Source: Pavona decussata
Lineage: Eukaryota
DNA length: 64,000 bases
Assembly: GCA_977016875.1 (NCBI GenBank)
Contig: CDRNST010000102.1
Location: 806,001-870,000 of the forward strand
Reading direction: 5' to 3'
Positions within the stretch are counted from its first letter, which is position 1. Each line of letters opens with the position of its first letter. Positions 1 to 13,000 of the stretch are shown here, piece after piece. Below the pieces are notes generated by a model. The model searched no databases. It was not told the DNA's origin and saw only the letters and a list, made by a program, of their open reading frames with translations. The position numbers were made by a program, and so were the translations under genes.

Positions 1-80
1 TCATTTTTTCTGTTACCTGTGCGCTTTTGCAAGGCCGTTAGAATTTATGGTTATGCAAATAGGGGTGGTTCAAATAGAAG

Positions 81-290
81 AAAGATCCTCGCAGTTCGTA
101 CACAACTTAAGCAGTTGCGAAAAGAAAGCCTGAAAAAAAAATCAGGCTTGAACGGGATTCGAACCCATGACCTCTGTGATGCCGATGCAGTGCTCTATCA
201 ATTGAGCTCAGTCAAGCGAACTGGGAGCTGGTCATATTGTGAGTTCGTAAAATACCCGTGAGGGATGAATAAATGAGTGTAAATATGTGG
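81..290 (-). mobile_element. tRNA-derived SINE-like repeat
   Basis: Minus strand reads AGCTCAATTGATAGAGC (A box)...GGGTTCGAATCCCG (B box) embedded in non-tRNA flanks. Confidence 0.7.
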
Positions 291-327
291 TGTTGTTCGA
301 TCAGTCTAATTTCTTTTCCATTCTTAG

Positions 328-518
328 CCGGATATATCTTCTATGAACAATACGAGGAGAACATTCTTGGAAGAGAATCTGGTGCAAGAGTTTCCGATGA
401 TGAGCCCTTCTGTGGAAGATATTCCTTGAAAAATCCAACGATTATTTGGAGAGCCGGCTACTCAGCCTTCTCGATTGCCCAACCTCAAGATCCTTATGCG
501 ATCTCCAGATACAAGCAA
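328..518 (+). CDS. exon 1 in window (PKHD1L1-like N-terminal region)
   Basis: ttcttag acceptor; reads GYIFYEQYEE...EPFCGRYSLKNP; CAA/GTGAGT donor, phase 0. Confidence 0.85.
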
Positions 519-3500
519 GTGAGTGACAGTGGTTTTCCTTTTCAGTTTGAATCCGTGGGCTCAAACATTATAGAGCCAATTTAGGACAGTGACACTTCAA
601 GATTTGACTTACATAGAAGTGATAACTATACATGATTATAGAACGGTTTTCAATTGAGTGGTCTGAAACCAAAACCAAAGAAATTACTTTGAACAATCAC
701 GACAGAGGTAGAAAGCGCAATGAACCAATCAGAACTCGTTGTAAATACATGTAACGGTTGCCAAGCGCGGGAAAACGCGTGTGATCAAGTCAAGATTGGT
801 TTTGGTCTTGCTTTTAATCAGTTGAGAAAATTGCACGAGTTTTTAGAGTGCCTATGAAGCGAAAATTGTTTTTGTGTAGTTATAAAATTTGCACTTTAAC
901 ATATACGATTCCGAAGTTTTAGAGTACTGGGGTAAAACTTGTAGATTTTACAAACGCTCAAAGTTGAGCTATTTTGCTTTCAAAAATGGTCAGAGGACTG
1001 GGTCGAGTTTTTACTGAATTCCAAGTTGTGACGTCACGTTGGTGCCAAAAGTTTGTTTGCTTTCATTCCGTTCTTGCCGCCGAAAAGGATTGTAGAAAGA
1101 GAAAAGCATGTCTAGCGATTCTGTGAACGATCGATTCTGGCAACTCTCTTTGTTACGGACGCCAGCAACGCAATACCGCCCTCGCTGTCGCTTATCTTTC
1201 GTCTCTTCCGCCATGATGAATTGCAATTCTTGGCACCAACGTGACGTCAGCGGTTATTGTCACCTGGCATTTTGGCCGCGCGGTTCGAATACCATTTTTG
1301 AAGGCAAAATAGCCCAACTTTGAGCGCTCACAAAATCGGCAATTTTTACCCCAGCAATCTCAAACTTCGAAATCCCGTGTTTGAAAGGGTAAATTTTATA
1401 ACTACCTAAAGACAGTTTTCGCTTCATGGGCACTTTAAACCAATCTCGGACGGTAGAAATGCAAGACAAAAGCAAACGTTAAAATGAGTCAATCGAAAAC
1501 CGCTCAATGGAAGCTTCTTTTGGATTTAATTGTTATCAAATTTAAGTTCTAAGCTCGCGTAGTGTTTTCAAGGCAAGCGAAGGTAAACATTTCCAGGCTG
1601 AGCACAGATCTATGGTAGATTTGGAGGTGTGCGAAAAGCGCTATAAACTGGCTTTGTAAATAAAAAAGGCATATTTGTCAAAGCGCCTGTTTGATACCGG
1701 AATTATTTCCTCCATGTAGTTTTGCTTCGCCTACAAAGGACCCATAAAAGACGAGGTGAGATTTCAAGTGAAATACGAGGAAAACGACCAGGTTCGCTAC
1801 ACTTATCACACCTACGATTTCGTTAGACTATCTTCCCGATCCAGCTGGGGATTTTCTTGTATAAATGTGTGGGAACGCATCAAAACTGAATATTCGGCAG
1901 AGATTGGACCTCAAGTTGAAATGAACAGTATTGAAATTGTGCGCTTGGACGGCGAAGGTCAGCACGATATTTTCATCGATAACGTTTGGATTGGAAAGAC
2001 CTCGATAGCTGGTAAGGATTTGCAGTAATATTTTCTTGCTGACTTAATGGCTTTAGGTGGCCGAACACAGTTTTCCAGTACACAGGTATTAGTAAACATT
2101 ATTTGAAAACTACGTACTTCTGAGTACCCGAAATTAGCATGGTGCAAGATTAACTAAAGCCGCGGCCACACGAGCGATTTTTTGCTCGCGCAGGTGATGC
2201 GATTTTTTCAAATTTTGTCGCGTCGCCAGCGCGAGATGAAAATCGCACGTGTGGCCACCCTCGAACTGGCGACGCGACAGGTGAAGAAATCGCAAGAAAA
2301 AAGTCGCCGGAATTGAAATTTTCGCGACAAAATCGTAGAGATAGCGCCCGTGTAGCCACCCTGCAACTAAGCCTCGTCATTCGCAATAGCTCGGGAAACG
2401 CCGGGATATCAACGACTGAAATTTCCGTCAGCAGTTGATGGTAAAATCCTTGTTCCTTTCTCTTTGCGAGCCACGGACGGACCCACGTTGACCTTTTCTT
2501 AATTTTCTTCTTCTTTTGTCTGCTTTTTATCGTCAAGAAGAAGAATGCAAATAGGCGATAAAACAATATCCTCGTCTGAAAGGGCCGTCCGCCATGTCTG
2601 TTTATAGCGCCAGGTCTCTTGAAGTATGCGATTCACGCGGCTTTCAATTTGTCGCCAAACTCGCTAGAATTTGTCACTCGTGTAGCCACCCTCTCGCGCT
2701 GGCGACGCGACAAAATTTGAAAAAATCGCATCACCTGCGCGAGCAAAAAATCGCTCGTGTGGCCGCGGCTTAAGAAGGAATAAATTTTGATACTTCTTGT
2801 TGAGCAACCCTAGCGCGCGCTTAATAGCATCACTAACAGAATCTGTAAAGCGCGCGCAAACTGTGTTCGGCCACCTTAAAATGCAAAGCTGTATACTAAC
2901 ACATACGTACACCTTCTTTTAGGTACTTGGGTGACTGGGCGAGATTTGATTGTAATACTGTAAATCATGCAGTGTCGAAAGTAATTCGCGTTTGGTTTAG
3001 TTTTGTCTTAATGGACCCTGTGTTTGATCTCACGCCACTTTATCAGTCAATGACAAACAAAACCAAAACCAATCGTAACTTTTTTTTAAAATTTATTATT
3101 TTTATCATTTCATTTCATTTCATTTCATTTCACATTACCAATTACAAAACCAACAGTGACTTGCTCGCACCTTTACATGTCTCTGCTTCGAATTCTTATT
3201 GGCTCTTTGCGCTGTTTACGTGCGTTGTGGTTGGCCAGAGTAATTGCTTTGGTTTTACGTCACTCGATTAAAAAAAGGCTCTTAAGAGACCCCGTTAGGG
3301 GGGAGGGGGGGGGGGGAGGGCTAGACTAGTTATTCCTTACCCCTTAACATTTTCCCCATTTAACCCTTAGCCATAACTTCGAAAGCCCATTAATAATTTA
3401 TAATTATTCATTAATGATTCATAATTGACCTATCGAATGATCGATAAAACATCACGTGCAGTGGTTTTAAAACCCGATCAAACCTCCTCCTTATTAGTAT

Positions 3501-3953
3501 GTGGTGTTTAATGTTTTTCTCGTATGCTAATTTCCAACGTTCACAAAAGCATCGTTGTTATGAACTCTTTTGGCACACGCTTTTCCAGGAATGTTTTGAA
3601 GCCGTTCAAAAAACTCGCAGCTCGCTGCGCCTCGTGGTTTTAAATCCCGATAAAACACTGCTCCTCGTGTTTTAAACATTACGTTATTTTGCCAATCCTG
3701 TCCCTAAATGCTCTTACAGGATGTCAATGGAGAACGTTCGCATGTTATATTTTTTTTAAATCCGAGTTTGATAACGAAAAAGAGTTGTTGAAAACTGGCA
3801 AAAAGTCTTGACAGCTCTGCTTCTTACCAACTAGCACATCCCCATTTTGACAAGTTTACACAAGACCAATTGAATTTGCTTACTCAAGTTTTCAACCGTT
3901 ATTTAGATATGTTTAAGTTGGCGTTTTTAAAGGGAATGGGAGAAAATAATAGT

Positions 3954-4024
<71 letters not shown>

Positions 4025-7000
4025 TAATAATAATAATAATGTTGATGATAATGATGATGATCACGATGATCATGATGATGACAATAATAATAATCATAAT
4101 TATCAGTCATAAACAATTTTTGTGTGTCAAGTAAAAACTTGATTGATTCGTTTTGCCTAAGAGGAATTCTGGTCAGCAGTATTTCAGAGCGCTATTTTGT
4201 AGCACTTGTCCCAAATCTTTCTCCGTTCGCTCGTTCATTCATTCATTCATTCATTCATTCATTCATTCATTCATTCATTCATTCATTAGTGGGTTGGTTC
4301 GTTCGTTTGTTCGTTCGTTCTTTCCTTCCTTCTTTCATTCATTTAATGTTTACTCGTGTTTGTTTCAGTTACACCGACAAAACTTGGCGCAAGACCGAAT
4401 GGTTTTATTATCAAGGATTTCCAAGTTGAAAAGAATGATCAAAACTGGACCATCAGTCTCCTTCCTGCAAACTGTGGTTCCCCTGTTCCACTGCTCGCTG
4501 TTGTGGACGCCATCTGGGGCAATAATAGTGGCCGTAATAGTGCTGTCTTTACTGCAAAAGGTCTTACCTCAAATGCCACAGTGACGCGAATACAAAAAGC
4601 TTCGCCTCGAGTCCGTGGAACGTTTAACATTACATACAAAGGAAAAGTTGTCAAAGGTGGGTGTCATTATTCAGTTTCCGAATACCTCAAACAACTTCGC
4701 AAACAGTAGTCTGAAATGTCAACCGTCTGCACCCCCTAACCCACAGGGGGCCACACCCCCTTTTGGGTTAGGGGGAGGAGACGGCTGACATTTCAGACTA
4801 CGTAAGTAGCAGCTTGCGAAAGTGGAGACGAATTTTACCTTAATTTACGTCAAGTTGCCGATGATCGCAAACAAAACTTGAGAGGTAAGGAATGTTCTAC
4901 CTTTTGCATCTTGTTTGCGACGATTTGGAACTAACGCAATGTTTACATAGAAAGAAAAAGTGATAAAAGATGGGTGATGTTAATTAGTTTCCAAATGCGC
5001 GAAACAACGTTGCAAATATTTGGCGATGGCTTATTCGCAAACAGTTTTTGTAACGCTAGAAACACCTTTTACGTTGATTCCCGTCGATCTCCGATGATTG
5101 CAAGCAAAACGCGTTCTACTTTTGCGTCGAGAGAAAACAACAACGTGGATACTATCACAGACTGTTTGTGATCAACCGTCGACCAGTTTTGAGCAATTGA
5201 GAAGTTCTGACGAATTAGGAGCTAGTACGAAACAATAAGATGGCGTCCTTTTTGAGACGCAAAGCCGGAGAGGCTAGGAAACCAAAAGAAAACGGTCAGA
5301 GGGCAAACACCAGGGAATTTTTTGGTGTGTATAAGCCGCTCGGTTGCCGAACTTCTGACCCTATTTCGCATCAACATTTATTTTTCCAATAGCCATTTTC
5401 AAGACCTGGTCTCCAAAGTACATCCCGTTTTCACATTTTCTGATCAATGCGATTTAAAAAAACTACACCCGTTTTCAAACTAAAATGATTCAAAACCCCT
5501 ACCCTAATCTGAGTAAACAAACTTTGTTTCGTGGTGCCACAACTGGCTCCAGTTGTTCAAAGAGTGGATAACGGTATCCAGCGGATAAAATGTATTGGTT
5601 GTAGTACATTTTAGCTTTCTACACTTTCCCCTCAGAAAAAAATGAATTTGTGAGAGGGGTGGTTTGGAAGAAGCAGAAAAAAATTGACACTTTGCCCCGG
5701 AAGTGGCCGTAAAGAAAGGAATATGGATCCAAGCCATTGAAACGAATAGTCCTATGTATTCTTACTTAGTCTTCTCGTTGCATTTACCAGATGTTCCCGC
5801 TAACATTTCCGAGGCACGTCTTAAAGATCGGTTAGAGGAAGAATTTGAAGAAGGCATCCTTGCCGTGGAAAGATCCGGGACATGCGCCGGCTTCCTATGG
5901 AAGGTCACGTGGCAGACAAGAGGCGGTGATCATCCTACTATGCAGGTCAGCGGTGACGGTCTCAGTGGTAATGACGCATCTGTAACAGTGCAGACCATTG
6001 TGAATGGCGGCTTGTTCTTGGATCCAATTCCTGGAGAGTTTTTGCGAATGCCGAAATCTTCAGGGCAGGTAGGTTACGCAGCTTGTCGTCACGCAACACC
6101 TCTCCCAAAGAATGTAGCCTTGCGTGACGACCAAGGTTTCCTTTCGATTGATGAAGACTGAAAAAGAAAGGAACTCGACAAATATTTTCCCAAAATGGAA
6201 CAAACAGGTTAATTTAATAAGGGTTTTATTACAATACCTCTTTTGCAAATTTGCCGACAGCTAGTGTGAGAAGGCCGAAAACTAGAAGTGTAGCAATATT
6301 CAGGGCAAACAACGAATCGTTTAGGTAAATTAGCTGTTTGGAAGACCCTTAATCCCCTATAATTTTCTAAAGGGAATTTTCACCTCGAACTTCTGTGATA
6401 AGGGACATTTAAGACCTATTGTTTTCGGATTGATTAGAATTTGGTTTCGGTTACCGAAGAAGGGTCAGCTAAGATTTTGAGAAAGGAAATAAGACCTAAG
6501 GTTTTCGAGAAATGGAAAAAATGCCCTAGTAATATTAATTTCGAAAAGACGCAAGTTCTCCTATAATGACCGAACAGATAAAATATTATAGCGCGGCCTG
6601 AAATGAACCTACAGAGCTTTAAAGGCACTCCAGATAGCCTAAAATTGCGTTTCAAAGGATTTGAGAGAAAGCTATCGTTGGGTGCCCCTGAATATTATCA
6701 TAGACACGTTTAGGGATCTTAAACAGCTATAACGGCAACGGAAACGAAAACGTCACTTGAAAATATAACTTCTGTGACTGTAATTCTGTAGGCTTTTTCG
6801 TCTAATTGTTTATTTATTTATTTACTTTTTTTTCAGGTGGTTGTGGTCGTAAATGACATTATCGGATCCTGCAACAACAACAATTGCTCGTTTAATTATT
6901 CTGCCAGTCACACCCCTCAGATCACCTCCATATCACCCCCGTCAGGTGCAGGCGGGCCCCCCGGTATTGGGACCGTTATCACTATTCGTGGCTCAGGATT

Positions 7001-10000
7001 TTCCACAGTAAAAGAAGAAAATGTTGTCACAATCGGTGGCTCTTCTTGTATCATCCAAACTAGCACCATCGACAACATCACGTGCCGAGCAGGTAAGTTG
7101 TCTTCTTATTTAGCTTTATTTACTTCAAGGTCAATATCGTTTTTTGCCTAACGGTTTACTGCGCCTTTCAATAACATGCGGACTCTGAAGTTCAAGATTC
7201 AACCAACCGTTACGCTTTCCACTATCATTGCATCCGACATAATCTCTTTACGACAGACAAATTCTCATCGTAGGCCTTATCCAATCATAAGTGGCGTCCA
7301 GTTACCGCTCAGTGACGCACCACATGTTCTTTATCACGGAATTTGTATATTTCTTTGTCAGATTACGGCCCTGGTGGAACTCATGAAGTCAGGATTTCCG
7401 TAAAAGGCAAAGGTTTGGCCGCTAATGATCAGCAACTCAACTTTACTTACGTCATCAGTGCGACTTCAGTTACTCCGTCCAGCGGAAGCACGGCGGGTGG
7501 AAGTGAAATTACCATATATGGCAGTGGCTTTGGAAACAGGATAAGCAGTGCCTCGGTCTCATTGGGAGGCTCTCCATGTGATATCATAAAGATCAATATG
7601 TCCCACATCACGTGCATAACAGGTGCTCATGCCGCCGGAAGTGTCACTGTGAGTGTATCAGTTGATGACAGCTCGACCACCGTTGCCAATGGTTTCCTCT
7701 ATGACGCTTCATTAAACATTCAAGTCACCAGCTTAAGCCCACTGGAGGGGAGGGTAAGCGGCGGTGACGTCATAACCATTTCTGGTTCCGGTTTTGTCAA
7801 CACGACATTGGTGAAAGTGGGAAACGAAAACTGCGTGATACAAAGTTGGTCACCCGGGCAGATAACTTGCGTTACACCACGTCACGCTCCAGGAAAATTT
7901 TCTGTCAAGGTTGTCACGCCAGGGAAAGGTTATGCCGTGATCCCTGAGCAATACAAAGAGTTTGAGTTCACATTTGTTGTGCACTCCATCTTCCCTCTGA
8001 ACGGCTCAGTAGCTGGAGGAACCCACGTGACCTTCATGGGACGAGGGTTCAACTGCAGCGAGTCACGCACTGTTATCACGGTACATGCCAAACCATGCAA
8101 AATAAGGGAATGTAACTCAACGCATGTGACTTGTGAAACAAAAGACATATTTGAAACCATCACAGTGAATAATACTGGATCCCATCCAGGTTAGTTAACG
8201 TCAACTATTTACATTTTATTTTCGTGCTAACACAATAGGCCATTTCCGGGGGTTGGCCTGCACCGTTTTGCAAGGTCTTGTTGGGAGGACATAAGAACGA
8301 ACACGGAAACATTGTTCCCAGCCCTAAAAGCAATGCAGCTGCAGGTTAAAAGGGTCCAGTAAAAATAGAGCTTTTGAAAGATGCAGGTTGACTGGATTCT
8401 CGAGTTGTTTTGAATCTCACTGTGAAAGCGAAGCTAAGTACAAAGCTTTTCATGTGAAAATCAGTGTTTTGCATATGAATGAAAACTAATTCTCCTTAAA
8501 AAAAAAAACCTATACACAAAGCCTCGCTTCCATACTGAGGTTCTAAGCAGCTCGGAAACGACCTATTCATTCCCCTTCAGACTACGTTAACCTCGGGACC
8601 AATCAGGAGCGTTTTGGTGCCGAATTCGTTTAGGCGTTTACACACAAAACATGAATCCGGAATGAAGAGTTTCGAGATTCATCAAACAGCCGTAAGCTAA
8701 ATAAGCAAAACACGGCGTTCGCGTCCGCAGATCGTTGATTTTCTGCTAAGTAAAAAATTTTAACTCGTTTCAAAATAACTTCCACCCTATTTCTTGTATT
8801 GGCCAGTTGACAAATGCGTCGATTCTTTTGACATCGTCTTACTTACCAGTCTCATTCCCGCAAGTCGTCATTTTGTACAGAATGTGGGCCAACTATGCTC
8901 TACAAGTATTTTCACATCGATCGTTTACCCTAGCAATTCGCACTTTCGATAGAATCTGAAGTATCTTTTCACATTACGGGTCTAAAATCGCCCGTACTCC
9001 GCACGCAATTCATGGTGTAGTAGAAACTTCCCTTCTCCGAGTAGGTTTATTTTAAGGACAAGGAACAAAAACTTAAATATGAAATAAATGATCACGAGTT
9101 GCCGTACTTTCTAATGTAAACCTTGTTCTTATTTTATCAGAGTTTGGACGTGGATACGAATGGTCTCCAAAGCACGTGACCTGTTACCAAGGTGACACCG
9201 TTGAGGTAGGGTAACACTTAACGGATGAAATTCCTTCTGTTAATTCATACAAATTTTATCATTATCCTTAATTTTTGCTAAAATTCAAAAGAGAGCATGT
9301 ACAACCCTTTCTTGAAAGGGACGGAAGAGAGAAGGACGATAGCTCCTTATACAGTGCACTAACGCAGTTTGTGACTACGCGGGAGAAGCATCTCTTAGCA
9401 AGGGCTATTGAAATCGAAAATCAAATTGGGGGTAACCAAGCATTTTTCAGAGATGATTTAAATACATAACTGTGTATGGCGTTTTTTTTACCATGTTTAT
9501 GCTTGATTATCTGTGAACATGCGCGGTAACCCCCAATTTCCTTTTCGATTTAAATAGTCCTTTGTAAGATCTTCTTTTCCCGCATATTCATAAACCGCGC
9601 AAAGGTACCCTTGACTTAGCTACCGTCACCGTCCTATAAGGGGCAGTGTCACTGATTTTTAGTGTGCCTTTGAATAGCGAAAAACTCATTTGTATCGATG
9701 GGAATGTTAAAATAATGATTCAGTAATGTTAACAATTGCCCTACGAGTATTCAAAAACAAGTATTTGTTATCTTTTGCTGTAGATGGCTTGGATGGAAAT
9801 GGATTACAACTTGAAAAAATTGACCAATTGTTTCAAATACTTCTTGCGGATTTTGGAGAAATTGCTAAAAAACTTATTTATAGTTACATCATTGGAGAAA
9901 TCAGTTAATATTTCCCTCCCGGTACTCAACGAACAATTTTATGTTAGAGAAAAGGTTCTGTTCTAAAGTTTTGACTAGCGTTGGTCAAAATACGGAAAAA

Positions 10001-13000
10001 TCACCTTGACAGTGTCCCTTTAAGAAATAAGAATTTCGCGGACCACCCCGAGACGGCACAGAACGCATGCGCAGCAGTTAAAGGAGACGCCGTCTACAAG
10101 AGGTCAATTAATTAATTAAGAAAATACTCCATCTCCATCTAAAACTTAGTGCCATCAATACAAAACTAAAATAACAAACACGTGTTGAAAACGCCTTTGG
10201 TTTTCGTTTCGCAGTGGAAGTGGTCTGGTCAGGAATTCTCCAAAGTAAGCTATAATGTCCATCAAACCGCCGATTCTTCCTCGATCGCGTACGATGGGTC
10301 TGGGTTTCGTAGCGGTAGCAGCAGAACTGGCAGTTTTAAACACAGGTACAGTGCAATGTAGTTTTGATAGAGCCGTAAACTTTGACACAACGAACATCCG
10401 GATATCACAATTTATAACCCACCGCGTGATTAATTTCCGCGCGTCCACTTTGGACAAAACGCCTTGGTGGAACAAAATTGGACGGCGGTTGTCAGACGAT
10501 AACAGTCGGCCGATTTTTTTCGACGACAAATTAAAACAAAGAAAGGACGTCACACTTTTAGGTCTTAGTTGCAATCCAATGACAGTTTGGTAAGTGATGT
10601 ATCAAACACGAGACACAGTGTTTCAGCTGATCACATATCACACCGAGAAGAGAGTTGGAAATACGATGCGTAGCGGAGTATTTTTTTGACGACTTTCGAG
10701 GTTTTTGATATAAATTGTGATAAAACACTGTGACGAGTGTTTGATATTATTTCTCAAACAAACTGAAAACAGCCCACGTCGAACTGTGTCTTGTTCATTA
10801 CCTCTATATTTGCTGGCTGAGAACACAGAGCTAATCCATGATCACGCTGGCGTGAACTTGTGGCTGGATATCTATAGATTTATGCATGCAGAACCAGACG
10901 TCAAGCATAGTTGCCAAAACCTCTTGCACAGTGAGCAGCAGTAAAGAATTTACAAAATACCATAATCCACTGGGGAAAGTGTTAAGTGTTGCAAAACGCT
11001 GCCAAGTTTAGCCCAAAATGATGAAATAGTGTTTTAAAGGTATAAGGAAGCAACTATTGGATTCGGCTTTCCCATTTTAGCAAGAATTATCAAGGCCAAG
11101 GTTTAACTTGTGTGCCTTAGCCGATTACTGCTTTAGCTTCTCTCGGAAACTAAGGGACTCCACGGGACCCTACGGGACCATAACAAAGCTGGATTGGGAT
11201 AGGAATATTAGCTAGCACGGGATTTCGGGACGAAACGAATATTAAATTTGAAAGCTCACATTGGACTTTCCGTAGGTTCCTTGCGCCAGGTGTGTATTAC
11301 TATGCGGGCAGCGGATCTGTTTTAATGAAAGGAGTCATCAAGGTGCTTCCAGCATTCAGAACACAGACTGGACCAATCAGAATCAAGAGAGAAGGTATCA
11401 CATAAATGTTTCATTTTCATTATCGACTGGACGTAATCCAGTAAAGGGTGACCATTCAAATGAAAGTTACTGACTGGAAAAATGCTTTTCTTTGCAGTAA
11501 AATATGAATCTGAGTTTGGATTTTGTGCATGAAATCCCGGAGTGTGGTCATTCAAATGGAAGCTACTAGGCAGCACTTTCAAGAGGGGCTGTTTATTACG
11601 TAGTACAAGGCGGTTCTAATTTTTTGAGTGTACGGATAAAATTATAAAGTGTGAACATTCAAATTGAAGAATCTGGTTACCGAGCAGTATTTCTTTAGCG
11701 TACTAGTTAGTTTTCAATGTTTTGCGATATTCTTTCTTGCCATGAGCCCCAGAAATCATTGATGGCTAAATAGCAGTTTTTTGTCCGACTAAACAAACAT
11801 CACTCAACCCTGCAATTCGTATTGATGACTTCCAAATATAGCCTTCTTCGTGATCAGTCTGGATTCTCAAAACTCACAACAGCTTTTTATGATTATGATT
11901 AGCATTTGCTCCACAAGCACGCGTTGGCAATAATCATTCCATATCCAACAAGCGCTAGTGGAATAATTGTTTTATTAAAAACAGGCGACCAAGATTATTG
12001 CTAGATCTCGCTGATTTCGCTTTGCTAGAACAACTAAAGGACAATTTAATGGTCGCTATTTCTCAGGCATGGTATAATGGTTCGTATACCATGGCCGCTA
12101 CAATTATCCAGTTTTTAAAAATTATGATATTATATTGCATAGTTTATATAGGGTGGCACCCTATATGATCGTAAGTTAGCTGCACGCCCTTTACGGCACG
12201 CTTCATACCCGTTTCTGCTGTGTGTATGAATTCCAATTTCCTCATCAAGTTGTCTGTGATTAGCCAAATGTAATAACCTTGAACTGTTTTGGGAAAACTG
12301 AAATCCATTTCGTCAATACTGTTTGCTTTTGCTTAGGGTATGAAGCACGTTACAATCTCACTTCGCTTCCAAGCTCCTCTCCTAAATGCCAATCTGGGAG
12401 AATTGACGCTGTTGCTGGCTGCAGCTCTTCGTCGTCAGCTGAGAACTCAGGTCGGAGCTTTACCTATTCCCCGTGTAGCACGCCTCGAGTGTTCTCCGTT
12501 TTACCTCCTCGAGGAACGAGCGGGGCTGTTATTACAATTCGCGGGAATGGCTTTAGTGATGAATCATGCCACAACAAAGTGACTTTCACCTCGCATGTCT
12601 GTCAGGTTATCTCCTGCAATGAGACCACGATCACTTGTCAGCTTGGTACAGCGAAATCTCCACCCTCCGGTGAGCAACTTGATGTGGCGGTGAAAGTACT
12701 TAACAGAGGCTTCGCGTTCGTCAAAGCAGCTTCGGGTGAAACTGCACAATTCACGTTGAAGCCGAGTATAACTGCAGTGTCACCAAGTAGCGGTTCCCAA
12801 GCGGGTGGCACTCGACTCACGATATCGGGCAATGGGTTCAGCGAGACTACTGATAAAAATATTGTGCGTATTGGCGGAACCATTTGTGACGTTGTCGACT
12901 CCAGGTTCACCAGCCTTGTATGCGTTACACGAGCCTCAAACACTTCCCAGTTGCAACACGTCAACGTAACAGTTAGTGGTAGTAGCGGCGAGTGTGTTGC

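Noticed and set aside
140-225. tRNA gene
   Set aside because: A and B boxes are present but there is no convincing acceptor stem, and the flanks are repeat-like; treated as a SINE
3870-4429. Poly-Asn, poly-Tyr and FIHS-repeat ORFs
   Set aside because: Translations of (AAT)n and (ATTC)n microsatellites
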